A DNA stretch of 38,629 nucleotides from the IMG/VR virus record IMGVR_UViG_3300047282_000302, positions 1 through 38,629 of that record; one strand, written 5' to 3'. The notes beneath the pieces were generated by a model. That model worked only from the letters and a program-made list of their open reading frames with translations, did not search any database and was not told where the DNA came from. A program made the position numbers and the translations under genes. Origin of the DNA: a virus (lineage: Duplodnaviria > Caudoviricetes). Below are positions 15,370-24,470 of this stretch, piece after piece; position 1 is the stretch's first letter, and the number at the start of each line of letters is the position of its first letter.

Positions 15370-16371
15370 TTATACCCCTAATTGTTTGTTATAGCAAATA
15401 CTCTCTTCAACTTTTTCCCAAGGAATGTTGTGAAACTCAAAGTATTGCTTTATGCTTCTTTTTGTATTTCTAAAGTCTTCTTTTAAAATATTACTGTACC
15501 CATTTTCTAGTAATAGGGCTGCCTCTTTTTGTTGATTGATTGGCCTGTTGGTTTGCTTATTAATTAAGTGATTTGATAAATCTATATTAGAGTAATCATA
15601 GTTTATTGACGATTTATTTCCAACTATAACCTCATTATCATCTACCAATGTATAGTTTGCATACTCGTCATATTTTTTAATTGCAGATATAAACCAATTA
15701 GATCTATCGTGACATGCTTGTTTATCTTTAGGGACAGTAGACATATATGTATTTTTAAGTTCATAAATATTGAAACCATTACAAAATAATTTTATTGATA
15801 ATATATGATCTTCGTCTCCCCAAAAATAAAAATACGGATAATCTATATTCATAAAATTTTTATTTGCAAATATGAAATGTGGGCAAACCCTTTGCGTTAT
15901 TCTAAAATCATTTACAATATTTGAGTCTAAACTATAAAAATATTTCATTGCCCAAGCATCTATTTTTGAATATTCGTATATAGATTCTTTATAGTCTTGA
16001 ACAGGAATTTCGTGCAAAAATTGACTAATTATGGCATACTCATCATTTAATTTCAAGTATTCATTAATAATAGACTCGTCCCAATTTTGTCTAAACGATG
16101 TATGACAATCTATACTTAATATGTAATCTTCTTCATTATAAAGTTGTTGTATATGATATCTTGTTTTTCCAATACCATAAACTATGTTAGAGTCTAAAAT
16201 AATTATTCTTTTTTCATTTTTTATATCATCTAATTCTAAACCATTTAAATTTTGTAAAGATATGCCAAAGGTTAGATTTTCTGGATTTTTAGCCTTATTT
16301 ATACAGTCTAGCATAGTATCTTTAATAGAATAGTCTCCAAGACTAGGAATCATTATAAATATTTTAGACAT
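15370..16371 (-). CDS. Second GT60-like glycosyltransferase
   Basis: 'IFIMIPS..KAKNPENLTFGI..GIGKTR..EEDYILSIDCHTSF.QNWDE..GDED.ILSIKLF.NGF'. Confidence 0.75.
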   Translation of the reverse strand: MSKIFIMIPSLGDYSIKDTMLDCINKAKNPENLTFGISLQNLNGLELDDIKNEKRIIILDSNIVYGIGKTRYHIQQLYNEEDYILSIDCHTSFRQNWDESIINEYLKLNDEYAIISQFLHEIPVQDYKESIYEYSKIDAWAMKYFYSLDSNIVNDFRITQRVCPHFIFANKNFMNIDYPYFYFWGDEDHILSIKLFCNGFNIYELKNTYMSTVPKDKQACHDRSNWFISAIKKYDEYANYTLVDDNEVIVGNKSSINYDYSNIDLSNHLINKQTNRPINQQKEAALLLENGYSNILKEDFRNTKRSIKQYFEFHNIPWEKVEESICYNKQLGV

Positions 16372-16374
16372 TTG

Positions 16375-16557
16375 CTACTTGCCTCTACTATCTGTTGAAT
16401 AAAAACCAGAACCATTAAAGACTATTCCAAATGAAGAATAAATGCGTTTTGCTACAATATTACAGGATTTACAAAATACATCTGAATTTTCATTAATTGA
16501 TCTAATTATTTCAAAACTATTAGAACACTTAGTGCACTCATATTGATATGTTGGCAC
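16375..16557 (-). CDS. FmdB family zinc-ribbon protein
   Basis: 'MPTYQYECTKC..C..C..F.GSGFYSTD'. Confidence 0.9.
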   Translation of the reverse strand: MPTYQYECTKCSNSFEIIRSINENSDVFCKSCNIVAKRIYSSFGIVFNGSGFYSTDSRGK

Positions 16558-16862
16558 TACATCTCCTTTACTTCTGGATGATCTAAGTCTATTCTTGTGT
16601 GATTTGATGCACCATGAAGATTGCCAATTGGAATAAAGAACTCTTTGTTTATTTTTCTAAAATTTTCTTTATCGGACGGTAGTTCTTCGTCCCAATAAAT
16701 TGCATCTGTTGGGCATGCTGGTGCACATGCACCACAGTCTATGCATTCGTCTGGATTTATATATAACATTCTTCCACCCTCATAGATGCAATCGACTGGA
16801 CACTCTTTAATGCATGATCTATCCTTTATATCTATGCAGGCTTCGGTTATAACATAGGCCAT
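16557..16862 (-). CDS. fdxA: Dicluster (7Fe) ferredoxin, actinobacterial FdxA type
   Basis: 'YVITEACIDIKDRSCIKECPVDCIYEG..INPDECIDCGACAPACP'. Confidence 0.9.
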   Translation of the reverse strand: MAYVITEACIDIKDRSCIKECPVDCIYEGGRMLYINPDECIDCGACAPACPTDAIYWDEELPSDKENFRKINKEFFIPIGNLHGASNHTRIDLDHPEVKEM

Positions 16863-16973
16863 TTACTTGGCCTTCTTTTTTGCCTTTACCTGCCAAACAG
16901 GAAGGTTTAAATTATCACCAGACCACTCATAACCTAAAAGTTTAACTACAAACTTTATAATTTTGATTCTCAT
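16863..16973 (-). CDS. Small hypothetical protein (36 aa)
   Basis: MRIKIIKFVVKLLGYEWSGDNLNLPVWQVKAKKKAK* fills the gap exactly, coupled to both neighbours. Confidence 0.6.
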   Translation of the reverse strand: MRIKIIKFVVKLLGYEWSGDNLNLPVWQVKAKKKAK

Positions 16974-17191
16974 TATTTTACCCCTTTACCAAATTTAGCC
17001 CAAACTCTTTCGTGCAAAAAGTATCCAAGTGCCTCCCATGCTATATACACAAGTGCTCCAAGTGCTGCATATTCATACTCCCACTCTCCTGTTGCAATGT
17101 ATACTCCTACTGCCAATACACCAGCAACTCCAATCAGGTGGAATGTTTCCCAACTTAAAGTTTTTAATAAACTTCTTTTTGTTGATTCCAT
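16973..17191 (-). CDS. Second DUF2061-like membrane protein
   Basis: 'MESTKRSLLKTLSW..YFLHERVW'; real start 17191. Confidence 0.75.
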   Translation of the reverse strand: MESTKRSLLKTLSWETFHLIGVAGVLAVGVYIATGEWEYEYAALGALVYIAWEALGYFLHERVWAKFGKGVK

Positions 17192-17192
17192 A

Positions 17193-18113
17193 TTAATTTT
17201 CCTTTTCTGTAGCAGGAATAACTCCCTTGCGTTGATGAACTTGGGCATCTTCTTCTGTTGGTATTTCATCCCAAGGTATTGATGGAACATCTTCTTGTTT
17301 ATATAATGTTGAAAGATAGTATATATCAAACATATACCTTCTTTGGTGTTGAAATTTTGAAAACACTTCTGTCTCTCTAAAGTCCTTTCCAAGTTCATAC
17401 TTACTATCCCAAAAATCTCTAGACGAATCTACATGTTTAGCCTCTTTAGGCCAACACCAATGATTTTTATTGGTTAAGTGAAAAAATATTGCCTGATAGT
17501 ATTCATTTGGATCTTGTGAATTCCAAGAAGGTCTATAATGATAATCAAATTGTGGTTGACATATAATTGCTTGATTTGGCTTACATATATAATTTTTATA
17601 TCTAGCAACAAATCCCCAATCTCTATTACCACCTATTTGAAGATCAACCATATATGGACCTGGAGCCCAATCTATATGTAATGGTAACTTGGGAACCCTT
17701 CCTTCTGAAGTTATCTGATGATGAGCATACATATGGTATCCAAACTGAATATCATCTGTTCCTACTAACTCTTTTGTTTTTTGTACTGCATAATCTATAA
17801 ATTTTTGAGGTATTTGAATTCCTTCTTCCCACTTATTCATCTGATGAGAATAATCTACTTTAGATAAATCATAAGAGTTACAGATTTCTACTAATTCATC
17901 AAACATTTCTTGTGGATAAAACTGATCAACAAAAATAGGATCAAAAAACTTTACATCTTTTGTTAAAAGATTTTCAATCTCAATATATGTTTCCTTATCA
18001 ATAAACTTCCAATCAATATCTTCTAAATTTCCAGGAAAATTTGACAGAAGTGGGTGTCCAACCAAGTCTGGCAAGTTATTTTTAAGTATTCCCTTTATTT
18101 CGTTTTTATCCAT
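17193..18113 (-). CDS. 2OG-Fe(II) oxygenase superfamily protein
   Basis: 'PKLPLHID..DLQIGGNRDW..HYRP..AIFFH'; start 18113 with GGAGG RBS and TGGTATAAT promoter (18130-18138). Confidence 0.7.
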   Translation of the reverse strand: MDKNEIKGILKNNLPDLVGHPLLSNFPGNLEDIDWKFIDKETYIEIENLLTKDVKFFDPIFVDQFYPQEMFDELVEICNSYDLSKVDYSHQMNKWEEGIQIPQKFIDYAVQKTKELVGTDDIQFGYHMYAHHQITSEGRVPKLPLHIDWAPGPYMVDLQIGGNRDWGFVARYKNYICKPNQAIICQPQFDYHYRPSWNSQDPNEYYQAIFFHLTNKNHWCWPKEAKHVDSSRDFWDSKYELGKDFRETEVFSKFQHQRRYMFDIYYLSTLYKQEDVPSIPWDEIPTEEDAQVHQRKGVIPATEKEN

Positions 18114-18138
18114 TTTGTACCTCCATAACATTATACCA

Positions 18139-19305
18139 TTAATTCTTAGATGCCGAATATCCCTTGGGACATCTTGGATTATAACTAGTTGCATACATAA
18201 CCTTACTACCCTTAATACACTTTATAGTTATCTTAGTGCGTATAATAGTAACTGTGGGATTTTTGTCAGTTGGTGACTGTGTAACAGTTGATGACGCAGC
18301 AGGCTTTGAAATTATGGTAGAACTTTCAGCATTTACAGTCTCATTTTTTGGCATAAGTTTATCAGCCACCTGAATAGCCTTCTGCATTAAATCTACATAG
18401 TTTGCAATAATAATGTGAGAAAATGTGTTTCTATATTTATAATACGGATCATTTTTTGCAGTAAAGTCATTATAATCTTTTAGTTCTGGACAGTCCCATC
18501 CCGTAGAATGTGATCCAGGACCAATTAGAAATTCTTCACCTTTTATCTCAATAACTGCTGGTGAGCCAGAGGTGCCCGTTGCACCACATGTTGGAAGTTT
18601 TGCAATAACCATTTTTGGAAAACCAACAAAGTGAACATATCCAGTTGGCAGTTTTTCTGTTACAAATGAGTACTCTAGTTTGCGAGGATAAAGTTGATTC
18701 GATACACTATATCGCTCATTTTGAGGTGTTGCATAATATGCATTTTGTTCAGCAATAGAGTTAAGTCCATAGCCATATACTCTCATTTTTAGTCCATTAT
18801 CCATAGCATATTTAATCTGCTCTAATGTTGCAACTTTATGCTTTACCTCTTTTACAAGTGGCTCTTCTAATACAAGAAATGCAATATCGTCCTGCGAATC
18901 AATAGACGACGTTGGAAAATTTTCTGATTTGTTAAATACATCTGGTCTAAATATTTGTATAACCTTAACTCTTTTTGCAGTTGGGTCGTCAGCCCTTTTG
19001 CCTGGCTCCTGAATCCATACTGTTCCTCCGTTCCAAGCATATGCGTTTCCTTTATCACCATATACACCAGAAATACAGTGTGCTGCAGTTACAACAACCA
19101 TTGGATGAATAGGTTCACTCGTACATGGCATTGTTGTATAACTATCACTTGGTTTTGATTCTTTGTATTCTCTCATTGGCGCAGCAAACTGATTGCCTGT
19201 TGCATTTGTAAACTCTTGATATCGTTTCCACTCTTGAGCATTTGCTGCACTAATTGGTAGCAATAATGATAGGACAAAACCAAAAATAAAAAACTTTTTA
19301 ATCAT
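18139..19305 (-). CDS. Secreted trypsin-like (S1) serine protease
   Basis: Signal peptide; triad motifs 'VTAAHC', 'DDIAFLVL', 'GTSGSP'; C-terminal 'TIKCIKG..NPRCPKGY'. Confidence 0.8.
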   Translation of the reverse strand: MIKKFFIFGFVLSLLLPISAANAQEWKRYQEFTNATGNQFAAPMREYKESKPSDSYTTMPCTSEPIHPMVVVTAAHCISGVYGDKGNAYAWNGGTVWIQEPGKRADDPTAKRVKVIQIFRPDVFNKSENFPTSSIDSQDDIAFLVLEEPLVKEVKHKVATLEQIKYAMDNGLKMRVYGYGLNSIAEQNAYYATPQNERYSVSNQLYPRKLEYSFVTEKLPTGYVHFVGFPKMVIAKLPTCGATGTSGSPAVIEIKGEEFLIGPGSHSTGWDCPELKDYNDFTAKNDPYYKYRNTFSHIIIANYVDLMQKAIQVADKLMPKNETVNAESSTIISKPAASSTVTQSPTDKNPTVTIIRTKITIKCIKGSKVMYATSYNPRCPKGYSASKN

Positions 19306-19509
19306 TTAAATAAATATCCTTATTACATGTTCGCATGGGTCGCCTCCTGCTTCCCATTCTTCTATTTCTTCTTCACTCATATACTGATATCCGCCATCAT
19401 GTGTATGACAATATGGTTCGCTGATCCAACCTCTATCAATACCATTTGATAGCCAAATACCAAATTCTTTATCTTCAGAAGACAAACCTTCATCATTTAT
19501 ATGATTCAT
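19306..19509 (-). CDS. Hypothetical protein, leaderless
   Basis: 'YCHTHDG..GGDPCEH'; TATACT 6 nt before the ATG. Confidence 0.7.
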   Translation of the reverse strand: MNHINDEGLSSEDKEFGIWLSNGIDRGWISEPYCHTHDGGYQYMSEEEIEEWEAGGDPCEHVIRIFI

Positions 19510-19524
19510 ATATTAAGTATAGCG

Positions 19525-20052
19525 TTAAATACTTAAGATGTCAATAGGACCCTTGCAGGATGTTGAGTGATTAATCGCTGCTTGTACTGCTAGATTAACC
19601 CTCTTTCTTGGATCCTTATAATTTTTTGTAGAATATAATGATCCTAATGCAAGATCTCCACCAGAACCCATTGCAAGATAGTCTTGATCGTATTGTGTTA
19701 ATGACATATCACCAGCATTATGTTCATAAATTTTTCCTTTAACACAAATTATCATACCAAAATCTGAAGATGGTGATACGTCAACCCACCACTCTTCGTA
19801 GAATTTACGAAGGGCCTTTAAAAATTTACTATACATAAATTTATCTATGTTAACTCTTGGCTCTGGTTGTGGTGGTACAAATAAGTGCCTTATTCTATCA
19901 CCGTCCATAGATCCAGCATATCCAAATAGATATCCTTCTTTTTTCCATATCTTTGGACTAGAACAAACATTAATCGTGTTGTCATCAGATACACCACGAT
20001 CTCCAGCCATATATATTTTATTTTCTTGTCTTACTACCGCTATACAAGTCAT
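19525..20052 (-). CDS. HslV/proteasome-like Ntn-hydrolase peptidase
   Basis: N-terminal M-Thr nucleophile 'MTCIAV..MAGD..KI..AMGSGGDLALG'. Confidence 0.8.
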   Translation of the reverse strand: MTCIAVVRQENKIYMAGDRGVSDDNTINVCSSPKIWKKEGYLFGYAGSMDGDRIRHLFVPPQPEPRVNIDKFMYSKFLKALRKFYEEWWVDVSPSSDFGMIICVKGKIYEHNAGDMSLTQYDQDYLAMGSGGDLALGSLYSTKNYKDPRKRVNLAVQAAINHSTSCKGPIDILSI

Positions 20053-20078
20053 ACTACGCCCCTCTGTGCTGAGTATTC

Positions 20079-20107
20079 AGTATATCATTTACCCAAAGGT
20101 ATGTCAA
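20079..20107 (-). promoter_or_regulatory. sigma70-type promoter
   Basis: TTGACA-17 bp-TATACT with TG extension. Confidence 0.75.
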
Positions 20108-20749
20108 CTATTTGATAGCCTGTCCACACTCTGGACACATTTTGGGCTTTTTATTAGTCTTATTTGATGGTGTTGGTGCAGAATATTGTTCTTCTGTTTT
20201 TGTTGTTAATTTACCGCCAAATTTAGGACGACCAAATCCTACTATAGAAATCTGAACTCCTGCTTTATTTTTCTTATATGCACGAAGTTTTTTGCAGGCT
20301 TCCCCACCATTTCTTTGGCTACCCTTTTTGCCATCTCCAGTTGTATTTCCTTCAATACACCAAACAGTTCCATCTTCATTGTCTTCAATAACAATTCCCA
20401 CATGTGAAATTCTGTCGGCACCGTCTGCTGGAAAATCAAAATAGGCAATATCGCCTGGTTCTGGATCTGCCAAATCTCCATCAATCCATGCGCCTTTCTT
20501 TTTAAATGCAGCAGCACCTGATGGTGTATATACAGTATTTGGAACTTTTACCCCTGCCTCATTAGCGCACCAGTTTACAAATGATCCACACCATGGCTGG
20601 AAGTTTGCTTTTGTATATGCCCCATACTTTGTTTCATTATCTTTAGGACCTTCAATATATCCCACTTGTGATTTAGCAACTTGAATAAAACGACCAACAG
20701 TTCCTGGTTGGTGCTTATCTACTGGTGGTACTGGAAAATCGTCTTTCAT
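20108..20749 (-). CDS. CHAP-domain endolysin/peptidoglycan hydrolase
   Basis: 'QPWCGSFVNW..PGDIAYFD..SHVGIV..IEGNT..IVGFGRP'. Confidence 0.88.
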   Translation of the reverse strand: MKDDFPVPPVDKHQPGTVGRFIQVAKSQVGYIEGPKDNETKYGAYTKANFQPWCGSFVNWCANEAGVKVPNTVYTPSGAAAFKKKGAWIDGDLADPEPGDIAYFDFPADGADRISHVGIVIEDNEDGTVWCIEGNTTGDGKKGSQRNGGEACKKLRAYKKNKAGVQISIVGFGRPKFGGKLTTKTEEQYSAPTPSNKTNKKPKMCPECGQAIK

Positions 20750-20750
20750 T

Positions 20751-21158
20751 TTACTTATCCCATTCCGTATCTACTGGTTGTTCTGATGGCATGGTTCCTT
20801 CAGGTTTTGCAGCAAGTCTTGCTCTTACTTCATCAAGTTCTGCATCCAACTTGTCTTCTGCCATTCTAATTTCTGAATCTACTTTTTTATTATCCATTTG
20901 TGCTTGCATAATATCTTTAGCACCACTCTGTCCAATTAATAAACCTGCGAGTGTTCCAGTAATAAATGTAGCAACTGATCCAAGCACATTAAAAAACATT
21001 TTGTCATTTTCTGATTGTGCTCCAATTGGTTGTGTCACAAATATAAGTGCGTATAAAATTCCTAACGCTGTAAATAATAAAATTGCTCCAAGTGTACAAC
21101 CAAGAATAAATTTTAATCGTGCGTCAAGATCCTGCGGTGTTAATCTTTGCTTACTCAT
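20751..21158 (-). CDS. Two-TM membrane protein (lysis-associated, holin-like)
   Basis: Two TM helices, adjacent to the endolysin. Confidence 0.6.
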   Translation of the reverse strand: MSKQRLTPQDLDARLKFILGCTLGAILLFTALGILYALIFVTQPIGAQSENDKMFFNVLGSVATFITGTLAGLLIGQSGAKDIMQAQMDNKKVDSEIRMAEDKLDAELDEVRARLAAKPEGTMPSEQPVDTEWDK

Positions 21159-21336
21159 CCTGTTTTCCTATCAAGTCTTTTGTACAAGTTCCTGTAGCCT
21201 CACACAATGGTGGATTACATTCTGCCTTTTCCCAGTTTGCTGGATCCTGGCAAGGATAACGATAGTGACCGTCATACCCACAGCCACTAAGGCCTAATAC
21301 AAGTATACACGATAGTAAAATATGACGAATTCTCAT
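21151..21336 (-). CDS. Small lipoprotein, leaderless
   Basis: Lipobox LSGC, Cys-rich mature part; TGGTATAAT (21343-21351) 6 nt before the ATG. Confidence 0.75.
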   Translation of the reverse strand: MRIRHILLSCILVLGLSGCGYDGHYRYPCQDPANWEKAECNPPLCEATGTCTKDLIGKQDE

Positions 21337-21356
21337 ATTAGCATTATACCAATATA

Positions 21357-21566
21357 TTATTCTTTATCTTCACGAAGAGGGATGGTAATAAGCCATAGGG
21401 CTATTGATATTAATGTGGCTACCCCCACGACCTGCTGGGCGGTACCTGTAAGGGTAAGCCAAGCAATAAAGAAGCCGAGTATAGTGAAGACTTGGGCTAT
21501 GCTCTCAATAATAGCAGCCTTAAACCATTTAAGTAGCCCCTTAACTACCTTCTTAATCATGTTCAT
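21357..21566 (-). CDS. Small two-TM membrane protein
   Basis: Hydrophobic helices; follows the large surface protein. Confidence 0.7.
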   Translation of the reverse strand: MNMIKKVVKGLLKWFKAAIIESIAQVFTILGFFIAWLTLTGTAQQVVGVATLISIALWLITIPLREDKE

Positions 21567-21567
21567 A

Positions 21568-23190
21568 TTATAACCTCCTTAGTGACATAACTGAACTAAC
21601 AATATTTCCTACCAAAATAACAGGAATAACTACTTCCTGAACTTTTTCTCTTTGATCATCTGTCATATCTTTGCCCCACTCTGTAGGACTTAATAACTTT
21701 TCAAAGTCTATATCTGTTAATACTCCAAGTGGATCTGCCAAGAATGCTTCTGTTTGTATTTCTGTGACTGCATCTGCCAATGTATATGGCATTGGAGCAT
21801 CTTTATTTTCTGCTGCCTTTTCAGCAAACTCAACAACTGCTGCTGCAACTACAGGGTTTTCTTTTGCTATCTCTGCTATCAATGCTACCTCTTCTGTTTT
21901 AATACCCAAATCTTTTGCCAATTCTTTTGACTGCTCTGGATTTAATTCAGTTAAAAATGTTGATACTGCTGACATTAATTTAGCATCATTAACACTAATT
22001 AGTTTGTTTAACTTTTTAAGTTCCTCGTCAGAAATAGGATCGCTGTCTGTGTTATCCTTATCTGGTGTTACTACAGGATCTTCGTCAACAGGTTGCTCAG
22101 GTTCAGGCTCTGGGCTTGGATCTATATCCTCTGGCTGAGGTGAAGGCTCTTCTGAAGGTTCTGGAGTTGGATCAGTCTCTTCGTTCTCCCCATCTGTGGT
22201 ATCAGGGCTTGGAGAAGGATTGGGATCTTCTGGTTCAGTTTGCTCTTCATCTGGCCAACGAGGGTCTTCTGGTGTAACAATTTCAGGGTCAACCTCAACA
22301 TCTGGATCAGGCAAATCAGGTTCTTGTGTAGGTTCTGGAGTTGGTTCAGGATCTAAAGGCAATTCTGGGTCTGGAGTAGTTACAGTAGAGCCATCACTAT
22401 TAATAGAAGCAATAAGGCTATTTAAGTCTGCTATTTCATTGGCTAATTGTGTTGCCTCTGCTACCTGCTCTTGCTGTTCTTCTGGCGTTATAGGCGTTTG
22501 AGAAGGCGTTGGAGTGGACGTAGGGGTAGGACTTGGGGTAGGCTCTGGAATAGGCTCTGCAGCCAATGTAGGGGTTGGGCTTCCAGCCTGTACCTGTGTT
22601 GCCCCCCAAGCCTCAAGTGATACTATAGATCCGTCATGAAGACGAACACCTGTTCTAAGTTGAGAATATTCTGGTCCTTGATAACTATAGGATACTGCCA
22701 AACCACCAGTATTAGTAATAGCAACTAATATATTTACTGTGCTCGGCTGTGCACCATAATTGCCAAATGGAACCATGTTAAGATTCATCTGGAATCCACC
22801 TTCTGAATAATAGATGTCCAAACCAGATGTTCCACTTGCTCCTGGAAACCAGTCCATTGAATAGAGTGATATAGATGGTGTATTTGGATATGCCCAGTAT
22901 GTTGGATCAGGTTGGCCAAATGTAATTACAGAGTTAGTTGTTGCATAAATGTTTTCATACTGTACCCCGTCAAAAGTCACGGTAGTTGCAATAGGTATTT
23001 GATAAGATATGTCATCTCCAGAGCAGGTGTCCATATGATGAACTGTTGGCTCTGCATCACCCTCGTATGCTGCTGCTATGGTTTGTGATTGTATAAAGTT
23101 AACGCATGTCGCATTGGCATTTTCTGGAAGCCAAAGATTGAATCCAAAGGCTAACAGGAACGCAGACACTATTCTTGTTAATTTTTTAAT
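21568..23190 (-). CDS. Secreted, C-terminally anchored protein with Pro/Thr/Glu-rich stalk (probable ATT start)
   Basis: In-frame extension to ATT at 23190 after GGAGG gives the signal peptide (M)KKLTRIVSAFLLAFGFNLWLPENANA; NIDO-like N-domain; PEPT repeats; hydrophobic C-terminus plus RRL. Confidence 0.7.
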   Translation of the reverse strand: MKKLTRIVSAFLLAFGFNLWLPENANATCVNFIQSQTIAAAYEGDAEPTVHHMDTCSGDDISYQIPIATTVTFDGVQYENIYATTNSVITFGQPDPTYWAYPNTPSISLYSMDWFPGASGTSGLDIYYSEGGFQMNLNMVPFGNYGAQPSTVNILVAITNTGGLAVSYSYQGPEYSQLRTGVRLHDGSIVSLEAWGATQVQAGSPTPTLAAEPIPEPTPSPTPTSTPTPSQTPITPEEQQEQVAEATQLANEIADLNSLIASINSDGSTVTTPDPELPLDPEPTPEPTQEPDLPDPDVEVDPEIVTPEDPRWPDEEQTEPEDPNPSPSPDTTDGENEETDPTPEPSEEPSPQPEDIDPSPEPEPEQPVDEDPVVTPDKDNTDSDPISDEELKKLNKLISVNDAKLMSAVSTFLTELNPEQSKELAKDLGIKTEEVALIAEIAKENPVVAAAVVEFAEKAAENKDAPMPYTLADAVTEIQTEAFLADPLGVLTDIDFEKLLSPTEWGKDMTDDQREKVQEVVIPVILVGNIVSSVMSLRRL

Positions 23191-23248
23191 CTCCTGACCT
23201 CCGAATTAGACTATGTCTAATAAGGTTATTATAACATTAAATTACAAC

Positions 23249-23279
23249 AAAAAAGGCGTAGAAATTAATCTACGCCTTT
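23249..23279 (-). terminator. Intrinsic terminator after the Ala-rich surface protein gene
   Basis: AAAGGCGTAGA-TTAATT-TCTACGCCTTT followed by T-run on minus; TGTTATAAT promoter (23228-23236) follows. Confidence 0.85.
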
Positions 23280-23295
23280 AGTGTTTAAGTTTTAA

Positions 23296-24444
23296 TTACT
23301 TAAGTGTGGCAACCTTAGCCTTTGGATTAGCCTTGTTCCACTTTGCAGCAAGAGAATTGAATGCCTTCTTGATTGCAGCAAGTGCAGCAGCATTGTCTGC
23401 CTTTACCTTATCAAGTTCAGCCTTTGCAGCAGCCTGAGCATCTGCAAGAGCCTTGTCTGCAGCAACTTTAGCGGTTACAGCATCAGCCTTCAACTTAGCA
23501 ATTTCAGCAGCAGCAGTAATAGCAGCAGCATCAGCAGCAGCCTTAGCAGCAACTGCATCTGAAGCAGCCTTTGCTACAGCAGCAGCAAGAGCAGCATCAG
23601 CAGTTACCTTATCAGCAGCACGAGCAGCCTTTTCTGCAGCGAGTGCAGCATTAGCAGTTGCGAGTGCTCCAGCAAGATCTGAAACTGTTACGATTGCAGT
23701 CTGTGAAGTTGTAGCCAACTTAATTGTTGGAACTGATGTAGGTGCAGTAATAGATGCACCAACAGCAACGGTTCCAGCAGTTGCAGGAAGTGTAATGTCT
23801 GATGTGTAACGACCTGTTACAAGAGCATCAGCAGTTACTGTTCCAGCAGTTGCGCCACCAAGAGTGGTTACTGTCACTGTATCAGCAACAGCGTTTCCAA
23901 AGATATCAGCAACATCAAGAGTTGCAGTTACCTTACCAGAAATGTTTCCTGAAGCAGGAATTGACATCTTAAGTTCATATGCAGGACCTGCAACACCCTT
24001 AAGATAAATTGTTGTGCTTGCGCCTACTACAGAAACTGTAACAGCAGAAGCAGCAGTGCTTGTTGTATATGCATAGACAGTCGCTGTTGTTGAAGCAGGT
24101 GTGACTGTGATTGATGAGGATCCAGCAGATGCATTAACTGTTGAACCAATTGCAGAAACGAGGCGAGTATTTGCACCTACTGCTGTAAATGTTACTGGTG
24201 TTCCAGAAACAACACTTGCAGTAATAAGCAATGCTTCGTTGTTTGTTACAGTTGCGGTATCTGCAACGCTTACTACGTTATCAGATGGAACCTTGACTGT
24301 GAATGGTGAGGCTGCAGTACCTGCGCCAGAAATTTCTGTTGTTACGTCTACAGAAACGGTATTGGCACTTGCAGGTGTCACTACTAGTGTGCCCAAGCCC
24401 ATGGCTGCAACCATGACGAGAGCGATCTTTTTAAATGAATTCAT
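23296..24444 (-). CDS. Ala/Thr/Val-rich secreted surface (S-layer-like) protein
   Basis: AAGGAG RBS, signal peptide MNSFKKIALVMVAAMGLGTLVVTPASA, beta-rich body, Ala-rich coiled-coil tail; own promoter TTGACA-18-TACACT at 24530-24559. Confidence 0.75.
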   Translation of the reverse strand: MNSFKKIALVMVAAMGLGTLVVTPASANTVSVDVTTEISGAGTAASPFTVKVPSDNVVSVADTATVTNNEALLITASVVSGTPVTFTAVGANTRLVSAIGSTVNASAGSSSITVTPASTTATVYAYTTSTAASAVTVSVVGASTTIYLKGVAGPAYELKMSIPASGNISGKVTATLDVADIFGNAVADTVTVTTLGGATAGTVTADALVTGRYTSDITLPATAGTVAVGASITAPTSVPTIKLATTSQTAIVTVSDLAGALATANAALAAEKAARAADKVTADAALAAAVAKAASDAVAAKAAADAAAITAAAEIAKLKADAVTAKVAADKALADAQAAAKAELDKVKADNAAALAAIKKAFNSLAAKWNKANPKAKVATLK

Positions 24445-24470
24445 TTTTCTCCTTTTATTATTCATTTGGT

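Noticed and set aside
21671-22501. Plus-strand Ser/Gly-rich ORFs
   Set aside because: Shadows of the PEPT-rich stalk on the minus strand.
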